This document shows, piece by piece, positions 11,601 through 23,300 of a stretch of DNA of 64,000 nucleotides. Source of the DNA: a virus. Made by a program: the position numbers and the translations under genes. Each line of letters begins with the position of its first letter. Position 1 is the first letter of the stretch. The notes below the pieces were generated by a model. It saw only the letters and a program-made list of their open reading frames with translations. It was not told where the DNA came from and made no database searches. The stretch covers positions 1-64,000 of the IMG/VR virus record IMGVR_UViG_3300042454_000021. The stretch is one strand, 5' to 3'.

Positions 11601-11792
11601 GGACAAGCATATAATCTTAATGCTCCTCAGTTCTTTAATATGGAAGGAACTTTGACAAACAATAGTAACAAACTAGCAGAAGGATACGAAGACTACTATA
11701 ACAAAGCAGGTCAAAGAATTGGAACTAGAAAATCTAAAGATACTGACACAGGTAAAAATGGTGCAATTGTTAAAGCTATCAAGAATCTCTAA
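8637..11792 (+). CDS. Large virion cargo/ejection protein (crAss-like)
   Basis: 1051 aa with a Gly-zipper hydrophobic segment (GSTLGGIAGSFIPIPGVGTFLGSTVGGFLGG), the GPSHDDGG..VEVEGGE motif and a Q/A-rich coiled-coil C-terminus. Confidence 0.65.
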   Translation: MKAQILKIAGVKNEKEFYKKFPTEKAFMAKHGKELKKAQVGTMIGGEESPMYQPISYNNLASNAQASVYGISPEEQQRQEALASQQAIAAASGQKGGGLGDILGSIDPAMIAQLVGGAKNGKKLKKAQSGAWAPSDIPSDALSPQMPSDYQAGNLNNIGQNAFGGIGKFINSDIGGTASVGNKGFDWKGTLKKVSPALAMQAAPLIGAYEDIVQGKKDTANAKKYGKISDLTLQAASSRPEQAKRRYVRPEDQVMQNFRPLGTGTNYLAAANGTMIGGNPTEIQNMYTTPNTMYTDLEFEPLNDANKVKNFKKGGKLNKAAGGITLDSFSGQGGGLGGMLGSKVGGGSGKGGPGSTIGSTLGGIAGSFIPIPGVGTFLGSTVGGFLGGLFDAKGQNEAQAAQDKLNQNLQASAFQSGTQNLQTQNKAFMKDGGWVSHDWQPQVIATFGDYKVSDLLKPPHDADMLRAGGHLREYTPPSAEAMYTGRRAEDGIQMAMGGDLQVARGSADTMSYNPYLPGDGETVMFRGPSHDDGGMPISFGQNGVEVEGGEPAIIMEDGGKQENLVVYGNMRIPDYGVNEINDPKAKGKKFKHYIADLSKQEAKVNKSVDKGVELVNTYDSGNEFDQLAFNSGKAMMMGGDLKLKTIAERKLDAAAVQNAILDTAEEFGVKSDDLAKGKIKMDKDNNMYAEFGKKVMFQKGGKANKKVLQKKKIGTLDEEDIIIENKNVRKQAPTQLPTPRYSVSSSQFPSPIDEEGNYYMPITQESSSQTPTYYSDDYEYKGDVANAIDQATTSKNVKDNDWLKLTAMGLTSALGQLRPSDVEQLDAAQLSPEMMSLAMNQLEPVQAQTFQPLLSQPTSYSLQDQLNEITSATRAAEKMSAYNPEAAGMIAAQAYNAKNKVLGEQFRMNQAEQQRVTEQNRNILNDANLKNLAILDTQYQRQEQAKSATKQQALEAMKSIADKIAKNKLENRQLGVMENLYNYRFTKSGQAYNLNAPQFFNMEGTLTNNSNKLAEGYEDYYNKAGQRIGTRKSKDTDTGKNGAIVKAIKNL

Positions 11793-11833
11793 TTAGATTG
11801 ATTATACAAGATTACTAACTTTTGTTAGTAGTC

Positions 11834-11864
11834 ATTGTATATGTAATATTTTAAATTATATTTG
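11834..11864 (+). promoter_or_regulatory. Bacteroidota sigma-type promoter for the RNAP block
   Basis: TTG at 11835-11837, a 19-nt spacer, then TATATTTG at 11857-11864 (TAnnTTTG consensus), 16 nt before ATG 11881. Confidence 0.65.
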
Positions 11865-11880
11865 TTAATTATACTAACCC

Positions 11881-14334
11881 ATGGCTTCATTTACAGATAG
11901 CATAACGCAATTTAACCCTTACGTCTCTCAACTTCCTGTTGAGGCGATGGTGAAAGTGGGCATGCAAAAGCAAGCTCAGTATGATCAGGGTGTGCAAAAA
12001 ATCCAAAGTCAGATTGATAATGTGGCTGGAATGGATATCGCTAAAGATTCAGATAAACAGTATTTACAATCTAAGCTTAATCAATTAGGATCTAAGTTAA
12101 CAGCAGTTGCTGCTGGAGACTTCTCTAATCAACAATTGGTTAGTACTGTTGGAGGTATGGCTACACAAGTTGGTAGAGATGAGAATGTTCAGAATGCTGT
12201 AGCATCTACTGCGTGGTATAAAAAACAAAAACAAGAATTAGACAAACAATATAAAGAAGGTAAGTCTTCTGTTGCTAATGTTTATGACTTTACATCACAA
12301 GCAGATAAGTGGTTAAACAATGATGAAGTAGGACAAAGATTTAATGGTCGCTATAGTCCATATGTGGATATTGATAAAAAGTTTCTTGAAACATTTAAAG
12401 CATTGCATGCTAATGAGACAGGTAAAGATTTTATCTATGAACGTTATACAGATCCTATTACAGGAAAGTTATTATCTACAGATAAACTTGCTGTAGCAAT
12501 GGAACGTGAAGGAGTTGAAGGAATTGATGCAGGAAAGATTCAAAATGCTTTACGTGCTACGCTTACTCCAGATGATTTAAATCAAATGCGTATTAATGCC
12601 AACTATCAATTCAAAGATACAACTCCTGATGACTTAGCAAATAATGCAACAAAACAATATCAAAGCAGCCTGTCTACAGTAGATGAACAAATTAAAAGAT
12701 TAGAAAGTATTGCTGCTCTTAGTGATGCTCAACCTAAATTACAAAAAAGAGCATTAGATTCTATAGAACAATTAAAAGCTGACAAATCTAGAATAGCAGA
12801 AAATTATGTAGAAAATCTTAAGCTTGCTAATGATAATCCAGAACTTGCTAAGTTAAATATATACAAAGAAGGTGCGCTTAATCAATTTGCAAATGCATTC
12901 TCTTGGGAAAAAAGAACTACACAAGTTTTAGCCAATCCTCAATTTCAAGGACAGCTGGATGCTGATAGAGTTGCTTTACAAAAAGCTGAATATACACTTC
13001 GTGTACGCTCACAAGACTTTCAAGAGCTTAGTGAAACTAGAAAATACTTATTAGATGAAAAGAAATTCAATGCTGAGAATGCTCCAGGAATGCCTTTCTT
13101 AAATACATTAGGTGAAGGCACTGCATATCTTCCTACTGCTCTAACAGCATTGCATCAAGAAAATGCAATGGCAGCGAATGGTATTGAGAAAGATATGAAG
13201 GAAATGCTTATAAATAATCCACAATTGAAAGGTGATCGTTTAGAACTACAAAAGAAATTAGTAGAATTTCAAAATGGTAATCTTGAAGCAATCAGTGGTC
13301 CAATGAGAAAGACAGCTCAGAGAATTCTTGATAATAGAAAACTTATTCGTGAGAATGATTTTATAGAAAAGAAAATTACAGCAGAGGTTGAGAATGAGGA
13401 TCCAAGTTTAAGAATTAAAACAGGATTATCAATTATGCAGAATGGTAAAAAAGTTGTCTATTCACCAAGTGAATTATTTGAATTTGCTCAAAAAGCACCA
13501 TTGTTAATGAATCCTGGGGTAAGACAACCTGAACTTACAGATAAAGAAAGAATATTAGCAGAACGTGGATTTGTACCAGCAGGAAATAAACCTTTTAATA
13601 AAGAAGAGGCAAATCTGATTAAAGCTAAGTTAAAGAACGTATTAGATATTGGTAAACTTAGAGATCAAAAAATACAAGAAAGACTTGCTTCAATAAGTGG
13701 TAAGTTTGTAGGTATGGTAGAAAATCTAGATGCATCTAAACCAAAACTTCGTCAAGATTTAGAGGGTATGGCTGGAAGTATATTAACTCGTTATGCTCCT
13801 GGATATGGAGGTTTACCTGGAGGAAATGAGTTTTTATCAAATGCTGAAGCTGTAAAAGCGAAAGAGTGGTTTACAGGAGAAGGTAAAGGTGATATTCAAT
13901 ATAAGAGAGTTAAACAAGGTAGTGGTGATTATTTAATGTTAATGAAAGGAGGCGAAAGTGCTCTTCTTAAAATGACTCCTGATGAAGCTGCTCAAATTCC
14001 AACATCTGTTGATACATATGGTCGAACCATTCGTGAAAAACAAACACTACTTGGAGGTTCAACTAATGCAACAGGTAATGTTGAAGATGCAGAATACCAA
14101 AGAAATACTTTTAAGAATACAAGAAAATATGCTGTAGTTGCTGACTTAAAAAATGATCCTGCAAGTCCAGAAGAAAACTATATTAACTTAAAGATTAAAG
14201 TTAATGGTACATGGCAACCAGTTCAATTGGATAATAATCCTATGACAGCTATTAAAGCAAGAACACTTCTTTCAAATATGACTGATCAGGATATAGAGAA
14301 AGTTTTAACTAGTAAAGGAATTTCTTTTAAATAA
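11881..14334 (+). CDS. Virion protein preceding the RNAP (ejection/RNAP-associated)
   Basis: 817-aa helical protein starting with ...FNPYVSQLPVE...KQAQYDQG, typical of the gene upstream of the crAss-like virion RNAP. Confidence 0.55.
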   Translation: MASFTDSITQFNPYVSQLPVEAMVKVGMQKQAQYDQGVQKIQSQIDNVAGMDIAKDSDKQYLQSKLNQLGSKLTAVAAGDFSNQQLVSTVGGMATQVGRDENVQNAVASTAWYKKQKQELDKQYKEGKSSVANVYDFTSQADKWLNNDEVGQRFNGRYSPYVDIDKKFLETFKALHANETGKDFIYERYTDPITGKLLSTDKLAVAMEREGVEGIDAGKIQNALRATLTPDDLNQMRINANYQFKDTTPDDLANNATKQYQSSLSTVDEQIKRLESIAALSDAQPKLQKRALDSIEQLKADKSRIAENYVENLKLANDNPELAKLNIYKEGALNQFANAFSWEKRTTQVLANPQFQGQLDADRVALQKAEYTLRVRSQDFQELSETRKYLLDEKKFNAENAPGMPFLNTLGEGTAYLPTALTALHQENAMAANGIEKDMKEMLINNPQLKGDRLELQKKLVEFQNGNLEAISGPMRKTAQRILDNRKLIRENDFIEKKITAEVENEDPSLRIKTGLSIMQNGKKVVYSPSELFEFAQKAPLLMNPGVRQPELTDKERILAERGFVPAGNKPFNKEEANLIKAKLKNVLDIGKLRDQKIQERLASISGKFVGMVENLDASKPKLRQDLEGMAGSILTRYAPGYGGLPGGNEFLSNAEAVKAKEWFTGEGKGDIQYKRVKQGSGDYLMLMKGGESALLKMTPDEAAQIPTSVDTYGRTIREKQTLLGGSTNATGNVEDAEYQRNTFKNTRKYAVVADLKNDPASPEENYINLKIKVNGTWQPVQLDNNPMTAIKARTLLSNMTDQDIEKVLTSKGISFK

Positions 14335-14342
14335 ATTAACAC

Positions 14343-17300
14343 ATGCCAGATTTTGATAAAGACTTAATTGCTCCAGTTAATCTTCCAAATCAGATAGATA
14401 GAGAGCCTCAAGTTAAAGCATATGTACCAGCTGAATTATCAGCAGGTGGAACTAATTATGCTCAAACTGAGGATATCTTTGATAAATTAAATGCAGCAAC
14501 TAGAGAGTCTAAGTATGGTAGAATAGGTGCTTTTGCAACTTATGAAGAGTTAGCAGCAAATAGAAGATATGCTACATATAATCCTAACATTGAGAATCAA
14601 GAGGATTTTGCAGCGTATGGTCAAAGTGGGATTGAGAAAGCAGTTAATGGAACATTAAAAGGATTAGGGTTAGCAGCTACAACAGTGGCTGGTGGATTTG
14701 GTATGTTGTATGGTGTAGCTAAAGCTCCTTTCTCAGGAAGATTAGCTGATGTTTGGGATAATGAAATTATGAGAGGTTTGGATAATATCAATACCAAAGT
14801 TGATAATGAACTGCTTCCTAACTATTACACTGATAAAGAAAAAAATGCTAATTGGTATTCTACAGATAACTGGTTAAAGACTAACTTTATATTTGACAAG
14901 TTAATCAAGAACTCAGGATTTGCTGTAGGAGCAATGGTATCTGGTAATATCGCTAATGCTGCATTAAGAGGAATAGGTGCTGGTATTGGAACTCTTGCTG
15001 CTGAAGGAGCTGCTCTTTCTGAAGGTTCTCAAGCATTTAAAATCTTTACTCCACTCTTACGTAATACAGCTCGTGCATTTAGTGCTGGTAAAAACTTAGA
15101 AGCTGCTGCAATTTTAGAAGCAGGAGTTTCTGATATTGCTGATGTTACAGCTAAAAGTTCTAGACTAGCATCTCTTTCTAAACTTGAAAACACCTTTGCT
15201 AAATTTGGTGATTCAGGTAGACGTACAGCAATTGCATTTTATTCTTCTGCAGGGGAAGCTTCTTTTGAAGCACTTCAAACTGCTAAGGAATATAGGAATG
15301 CTTTAATAGAAGATCATAAGAAAAATTATGGTGAAGAACCATCAGGAGATGACTTAGCTAACATAGATAAAATGTCTGAGTCTGTAGGTAAAGCATCTTT
15401 CTTTGGTAATCTTGCTCTTCTTGGTGCAACAGAATTTACACAACTTCCTAAGTTATTAGGATCTAGTTATGCTGCTTCTCGTAATACTGCTAACAGCTTA
15501 GTTGGAGAAACTACTGATCTTGTTATAAAAAATGGTCAATACGTATCTGCAAAATCAGCACTAACAAAGTTTGGTAAGCTTTCTGATAAAGTTACTGGTA
15601 TAGGAAGATATATTTTTGATCCTAAAGAAGCTGCTCAAGAAAACTTACAATATGCTCTACAGATTGGTTCACAAAATTATTACAACAAAGCATTTCGTAC
15701 AGGAGAAGGTGGATCATTAGTTGATAGTATGCTTTATGGATTATTTGGTAAAAATGAAGAAGGAGAAGATGTAGGTTCATTTGTATCTAAAGAGGGTATA
15801 GAAGGAACCATCCTAGGTGGTATTACTGGTGGCTTGATGCAAGCACGTGGTAATTATGTTGGACAAAGAGAAATAAATAAAAATACAGAAGCATTTTTAC
15901 AAGAGATTGGACCTGCTACAGAATTTAGAGACGCATTCATCGACAAGATGAATAGTAACAATAGAGCTATTGTCTTACAAGAAGAAGAACAAAAAGCTAT
16001 CCTTCAAGGAGATAAGGTTGAGGCAATGGATCTTAGAACAGATCAAATGCATAACTATCTAACTACTCGTATTAAGTATGGTAGATTTGATATGGTTATG
16101 GATGATATTGAAAGTCTTCGTAAAGATGCAGCTACAGAACAAGGTCTTGCGTCTTTGAAAGAACAAGGTTATGCTAACGTTAATGACGATATTCAGTCTT
16201 ATGGACAACGTTTAAGTAAAATTGAACAAGTAGCTAAGAACACAGATCAACTATATCGTTCTATTAATATGCGTTATAGTGGTCAGACAAATGAGGATGG
16301 CTCAAAGAAATACAGCAAAGAGGCTATTGATAAAATGGTATATGCTGCATCTAAAGTTGCTGACTATGACTTACGTATACCACAAGTTAATGCAGCGCTT
16401 GTTGCTGCAGGTATTAATACACAAGAGATCTTAGATGAGATTCATGGATTAGGTAAAACTAATAGACAATCTACTAAGAAAGCATTACAACAACTTAACC
16501 AAAAAGCAGATCAACAGATTGATGATCTAGATACTATTGATACAGATGAATTAAAAAGTAGTTTATCTGATGTAATAGAAATGGCTTTGCGTAGAAAGTT
16601 ATATCTAAAAGACTATAACGATCTTAAAGAGAATCCTGAGAAGTATGATTTAGAAGGGGATCAACAAGAAGAGAAAGGTACAGTTAAAGTTAAACAATTT
16701 ACTGAAGTAGAGGGTAAGCAAAAAACTGTAGGTGTAGATGTAGAAGTTGGTAAAGAATATTCATTACGTTCACCTATTCGTCGTGAAGGCAATCAGTTAC
16801 AACTTGCTCCTAAACTTACTGTTCTATCTAAAACATTAGGTGGGGAGTATGAAGTTAAAACTCCTAATGGAGATGTCACTTTCCTTAAGCCAGAAGAGTT
16901 TAAACAATATGCACTTTCTAGTGTAAGTAATACATCAGAAGAACTAGCAAATATGCTAGATGATTCTATTGATAGTGTTCTTAAAAGAAAAGAATTTGCA
17001 GACATTGTTATTCCTGAGGGAATGTCTAAATTAGATTTCATCAACTCAACAAATAATGGAAAATTAGTTGATGCTATACAGAATCAGTTTAGTAAAAAGT
17101 CTGAGGAGTTTTTAAAGAAACAGGCAGAAGAATTAGTTAAGAAAGAAAAAGTACAAGCTATTGCTGGTAAGATAAAAGCATTTCAAACTAATGCTGAGAA
17201 GAACTCAGGAACTATTCCTACAGAAGCTCCATCATTAGAAGAAGAAGTTAGTACATCTGCTGTAACAATGAACAAGATATTTACACGCTTGTTCACATCT

Positions 17301-20300
17301 ACAACTGGTCCTGGAGAAGGTGCTGTATTAAAACCACATCAAGTTCGTTTTAATTCATTCTTAAACAATGCTAAGAACTTTAAGAATAGAGGAAAGTTAC
17401 AAGCAATCATGTTCACTTATAAGCAACAAAAAGCTTTAGGACTTGATGGTGTTATTGAAATGGCTTGGAATACTGAGCCTGGTAAACTAGATGAAACTAA
17501 ATTAGCTACTGTTACAAATCCTGTTAAAGGGAATGTAATGGTTGTATTTATACAAGTAGATAAGAATGGTGCGCAATCATTTATAGATGCTAATGGTAAT
17601 CTTATTGGTAAGGTTGGTGAGCAAGTTGATTTAAACAAAGTTGTATTCTCAACAATGCCTACATCAGAGACATACACTCAAAGTTCTGATGGTAAAAGAA
17701 CTAATAGATTCAGAGCTGGTGAAGAAGAACAAGCTACAGAAGTAGCTAAAGCATGGCAAACGTTTCGTGATACATTATTTGCTGATCCTGAGAACACTAA
17801 GCGTAGATATGGATTCAACATATCTAAAGGTGTTCCAATCATAAATAAAGCAGCTCCTGAGAAGAATGTTGTAGGAGAAGTATTGGTACCTGAGGATAAG
17901 ATCTCTACACAAGCTGAATTGATTCAAGTTCCTACAACAGGAACTATCTCACATGAAGATGGAGAAAACTATAAGTTTCCTAATGGTCGTCCTGTATTAG
18001 TTTATGGTGACACATTACAGTTTATTAATAACGCTCCATTAACTAGTAAGAAAGCTACAGTTGTATATAACTTGTTGAAAGAGTTATCTGATGTAATTAA
18101 TTCTTCTACTAGTTCTGATAATCCTATAGTATTTGATCCTAAGAAAATGGCATTCTTACAGAATGTATTATTTTGGGATTCAGCTAATAAAACTCCAGCT
18201 AGTAATAACAAAGTTTATATCAATGATGAGACTGGTGAATTACATATTGGTGAAAAGGTTTATGACTTTGCTAACATTGAGAAGTCTAAAGATGCCATCA
18301 TGGCACAGCTTCAAACTGTATACCATAGTGTAAACAATAAAACTCTTGCTCTAGGATTAGCTCAGAAGTTTTATGAATACACTGATACTGGTTCTGTAAT
18401 AGAATGGCCTAACTATCAAACATATTTATTATCTGGTAAAGGACGTTCAGTTAATGAAACTCCTTTAACAACATCTGTATCTAAACCTACAGATGCAGTT
18501 CCTTATTCTTACAATCAGAAGTATGCATACTTTGAAGGAATAGATCTTGAATATGAGATCATCAAACCTGCAACTGAAGAAGGTGTACAAGTCTATAAAG
18601 CACAAGCTGGTAATATTAATTACACTGTAGTTACAGGTGAGAATGGAGAATCTAATATTAATGTTAGTCCTACTGATCCTACAGTTCAAGCAATTGCTAA
18701 AGACGCTAAGAAAGTAGCTGCTGTAAATGAAGCATTGCAAGAAGCTGGTATATTTGATGATCTTGATACAGCTGAAGAAAGTGTTGCTAAATTATTAGCT
18801 AACCAAATCAAAGCTTCTATTTCTGCTAAGCCTGCTGAAGAAGCTGCTCCAGTAGAAGAGCCTAAAGAACAAAAACCTAAAGGTGGTAGAGATCAACCAG
18901 CATATAAAAGAGTAGGAAGATTTGGTGCTACAGCGATTAGTCCTGTAGACATGGAAGCATTTAGACAATGGGCTGCTGAGAAACTTCCTGTAATGCCTTA
19001 TGAGTTCTTGGACAATATGATCAGAACTTATGATGGTAAAGCTGCATGGGGAGCATTAGAAAAAGGTGTTGCTAAGATATTTAAAGGAGCTGCTCGTGGT
19101 ACAGAATACCATGAAGCATTTCACTTTGTATTTAGAGGGTTCTTATCTCCAGCTCAACAAGAAGCAATGTTTAATGAGTTTAGAGCTAAGACAGGATCAT
19201 TCTTAGATACTACTAGTGGTAAGAAGATTGACTATGCTGATGCTACAGACTTACAGATAGAAGAGAGGATTGCTGATGACTTTGCTGATTTTAGATTAGG
19301 TAAATTACCTGCTAGAAGTTTAAGTGAATCTATTAGAAGATTCTTTAAAGCTATTGTTGATTTCTTTAAAAGCTTTGTAAATAATCCTTCTTTAAAGGAT
19401 GATTTGTTTAACTCTATTGAAACTGGTGAGTTTAAAGAAAGAGCTTATCCAGATCTTGTTAAAGATAAAACAACTGCATATAAAGAGATTCCTGGATTTT
19501 CTAGTGAGAAAACAGTTAATGACTTTGTACAAGATATCACTGCTAATATCTTTCTTGAATTATTCAGTGAGAATAAATCTTTATTCAGACCAGAAGAGAT
19601 TACATCAAAAGAACTATTTGATAAGGTTAGAGAAAAGACACAAGACTACGATTACTACACTGATCTTACTGATGAAGCTTGGGATGCTTTAGTTGATAGA
19701 ACTAAAACTTTCCTTAAGAAATATAAGATTGAGTTTGATGAAGATAGTCGTATTACAATTAACGATGAAACTGCTGATAGAAACTCTTATGCTGCTGAAA
19801 CATTTAGCATAAACTATAAGAAGTCTTCTCCTTATGCTATCAAGTTATTGGTTGGAACATTAATTAAGACTAAGCGTCTTGATCAAAGATTTAGTACATC
19901 TTTAGAAGAACCAAATTACTTAGAAAGTAGTATTGATGGATTTCAACTTGTACCTTATGGTGAGGTTTACTCTACGTTGTTAAACGAACTAGAGAACACT
20001 AAAGATGTTAATCAGTTTGTAGATAAGTTAGTTGCTCTTACTAAAGAGAAATCTGAATACGTTCGTTTATTCAAACGTCTTGGTGGTAACTTAGAAACAG
20101 GTAAGATTAAGTTTGATCAATATGATGCAGATGATTGGAGATTATTTGCAAGCTTCTTCCAAGAGTTTACTAAACAAAAGCCTGGTGCTATTAAGCAATT
20201 CAGAGATGGATTACAGGTGTATAGTGGTTCAGCTAATCAAGCTGCAGCATCTAATCAATTAGAGAACGAATGGATTGAAGGAATGATTGCTCTTGCTGAC

Positions 20301-23300
20301 AATCCTACATCTTTAGTTTATCGTGATGGGGATACTAAAACATACAAGGTTGATAAAGTAACATTATCAGAAACTCCTATTAGAAACAAAGGTGAGATGA
20401 TTTACTTCCTAGAGAAACTAGGAATTGGATTCCCATTAGCTTCATATAACAAATTGCGTGGTACACAGATTAAAGATTTTGCTGATGCTGTTTCTAGTAT
20501 TAAGACTGGTCTTACTGGTGTTAAAGAAAACATTCGTACATTAAAAGGTGGTACTCTTGATATAAGTAAAGGTTTAGGAGAGCTAGCTAATTTATATACA
20601 ATTACTACTGGAACAAATATTAATACTACCTTCTACAATGCTGAGGGTAAACAACAACAAGAGTTTACAGATAACAATGCTCCTTCATACTTTGAATCAG
20701 TGTTTAACTCTGTAGAAACTTTTGATGAGTTGATGGCTAAGATGCCACAACTACAAGATGTATTTTCTAATAACTCACAGATTCTTAAGAAAGGTGGAGT
20801 GTTCTTTACTAAAGAAGGTGAAAGAACAGACGCTTCACTAAATGTAAACTTTATTGTTGGTGATCAAAATAAAGTGACTAACGAAGGTAAATCTACAGCA
20901 GCTCTATCTATTGGAGATCGTATGACTACTGAGATTAATCAGAACATAGATGGTAACTATTACATCTTGATTCCTGCTGATGGGTCTACAGAGTGGATGA
21001 TGAATATGGGTAATCAAGTTAGCTATATGCAGTTTGCTCTAGGAGAAGGTATGACTGATGTATATAAAATCTTTGAAGGATATTTAAAGGACGATATTGC
21101 GTTAGCTCAAGATTCCAAGAATAGAAGTAAGTTAAGAAACGTTGGAGATAAGGCTAAAGAATTACGTTTCTTTAAAGATATTCTTCCTGAAGGTTTATTA
21201 AAGAAAGTTAATGCATTGATTAATTCAAATGCTGACGTAGCTAAGATCGATGCATTTTTAGATACAAAAGTAAATAAGTTAGAAGATGGTGTAGTTCAAA
21301 AGTCTAATCGTGATCTTATCAACGAGGCTGTTAAAAACTTTATTGATAGCACTGTAGCAGAAACTAAAGATATACTATTATCTAACAATCAATTAGTTAA
21401 CATCAAGAATGGTAACTATAAGTATGAGAACTTAGATACTAACTTTACTAGAAGGAACAATATTTCTAACAATAACATTAGTGAGAACGAGTTAATGAAC
21501 ATCTTAACGTTTGTTAATTCTAACTATATTATTAATAACATTGAATACCACAAGGTATTGTTTGGTGATCCATATCAATTTAAGATTGATAAGGGTAAGT
21601 TAGATGAGACTAAGCGTATTAAATCATTCTTGTCTCCACGTAGATTTACATTTGATACTCCTGAATACAATACATTCTTGAATCAGGATATGAATAAAGC
21701 TGGTGGTATTCAGCTTACTAAAGATGACTATGGATTCCATGAATTCAAAAACTATCTTAAAACTTTTACTGCTAAAAATGTAGAGATTGTAGGAGCGATT
21801 AGTAATATGTTCCCAGCGTATTCTAATTTAGATGAGGCTGATGCTTCTTCTTGGATTAGTGCTGAAGCCTATCGTGAAGTTAAAATGAAGAATGCACAAT
21901 GGTCTGATGAGGCTGAAGCATTCTATCAATGGCAAATGGCTTACACAAGACAAGAGCTAGCTAAGAAAGGTGACTATACATATGGTAATGATGCATTGAG
22001 AAAGCATGATGCTAAGCTTATGAAGAACCAACCAACTTCACCACAATACTTTATTGAGGTGTTGAAGCCAATTGTTTCTGGTAATAAGTTTGGTAAGAAT
22101 AATATTGATCTTGTTTTAGATAAGTTCTCACAACTTCCTATCTTCTACAGTGCAGTGAAAGGAACTAATCTTGAGAACCTTTACATGCAAATGTTTAAGG
22201 GAGGATATGACTATGCTGTTGTAGAATCAGGTAGAAAAGTTGGTGCTGAGGAATTACATGATCTATACAAACCAAATGGTGAGTTTAATAAAGATGTATT
22301 CAATAACACTATTGATGTACCTTGGTCATCTTATGGTATTCAAGTGGAGAATAGTTATGAGAAAGATAAGTTACAAACTCGTGGATCTCAATTAACTAAA
22401 CTTGCTACTGTTGATTTATACAGCAATGGTAAAGCTCTTACTCCTGAGATTGATGCTGAGGTTAAATATAACACAGATATATTAAACAAGTTAACTCTTG
22501 CTGGATACAAAGAACTTCTTACTAAATTAGGAATTCAAGATTTAGGAGATGGTTATGAAGTGTTTGATAAAACTGCTGTATCTGAAACATTGAGACAACA
22601 AATGTTATCTCAAGAGTTATCTGATAACGCTATTGATAGTATTACAATAGACCCATTAACTGGACAATTTATTGTACCATTTGAAGCATCTACTAATTAT
22701 ATTCAAATTAAGAACATACTTTACTCTATAGTAAATAAATCCATCATTCGTACAAAGATGAGTGGATTTCCTGGAACGCAGGTATCTGCTTCTATGTGGG
22801 AGAATTCTGCTGATGGAAGAAGTCTTGTTGTTAAAGATGTTGATGGTAATTGGATAAATGTTTCTAGAGAAAAATTTGAGAACATGTCTCCTGAGGAGCA
22901 AGGTGAGGTTAAGTTAACTAGCAGCACTCTTAAGTTTTATACTAAAGAAGAACCATGGTGTGAAGTGTTACTTCCTAACTGGATGAAGAAACAGTTTGGT
23001 GACATGACTGAGGAAAAAATTCTAGAATATTTAGATACAGATGAAGGTAGAAAGATATTAAGTGGTATTGGATTTCGTATCCCTACACAAGCATTATCTT
23101 CTGTTGAGGTATTTAAAGTAAAAGGATTCTTACCTGAGTATATGGGTAGAACAGTTGTTGTTCCTTCTGAGATTACAAAGAAAGCAGGATCTGACTTTGA
23201 CATAGATAAGTTAAACATGTATTTAAAATCTGTATATACAGATACTAATGGTAACGTTCGTCTTGTTGAATATAAAGGTTCTGAAGAAGCTACTAAAGAG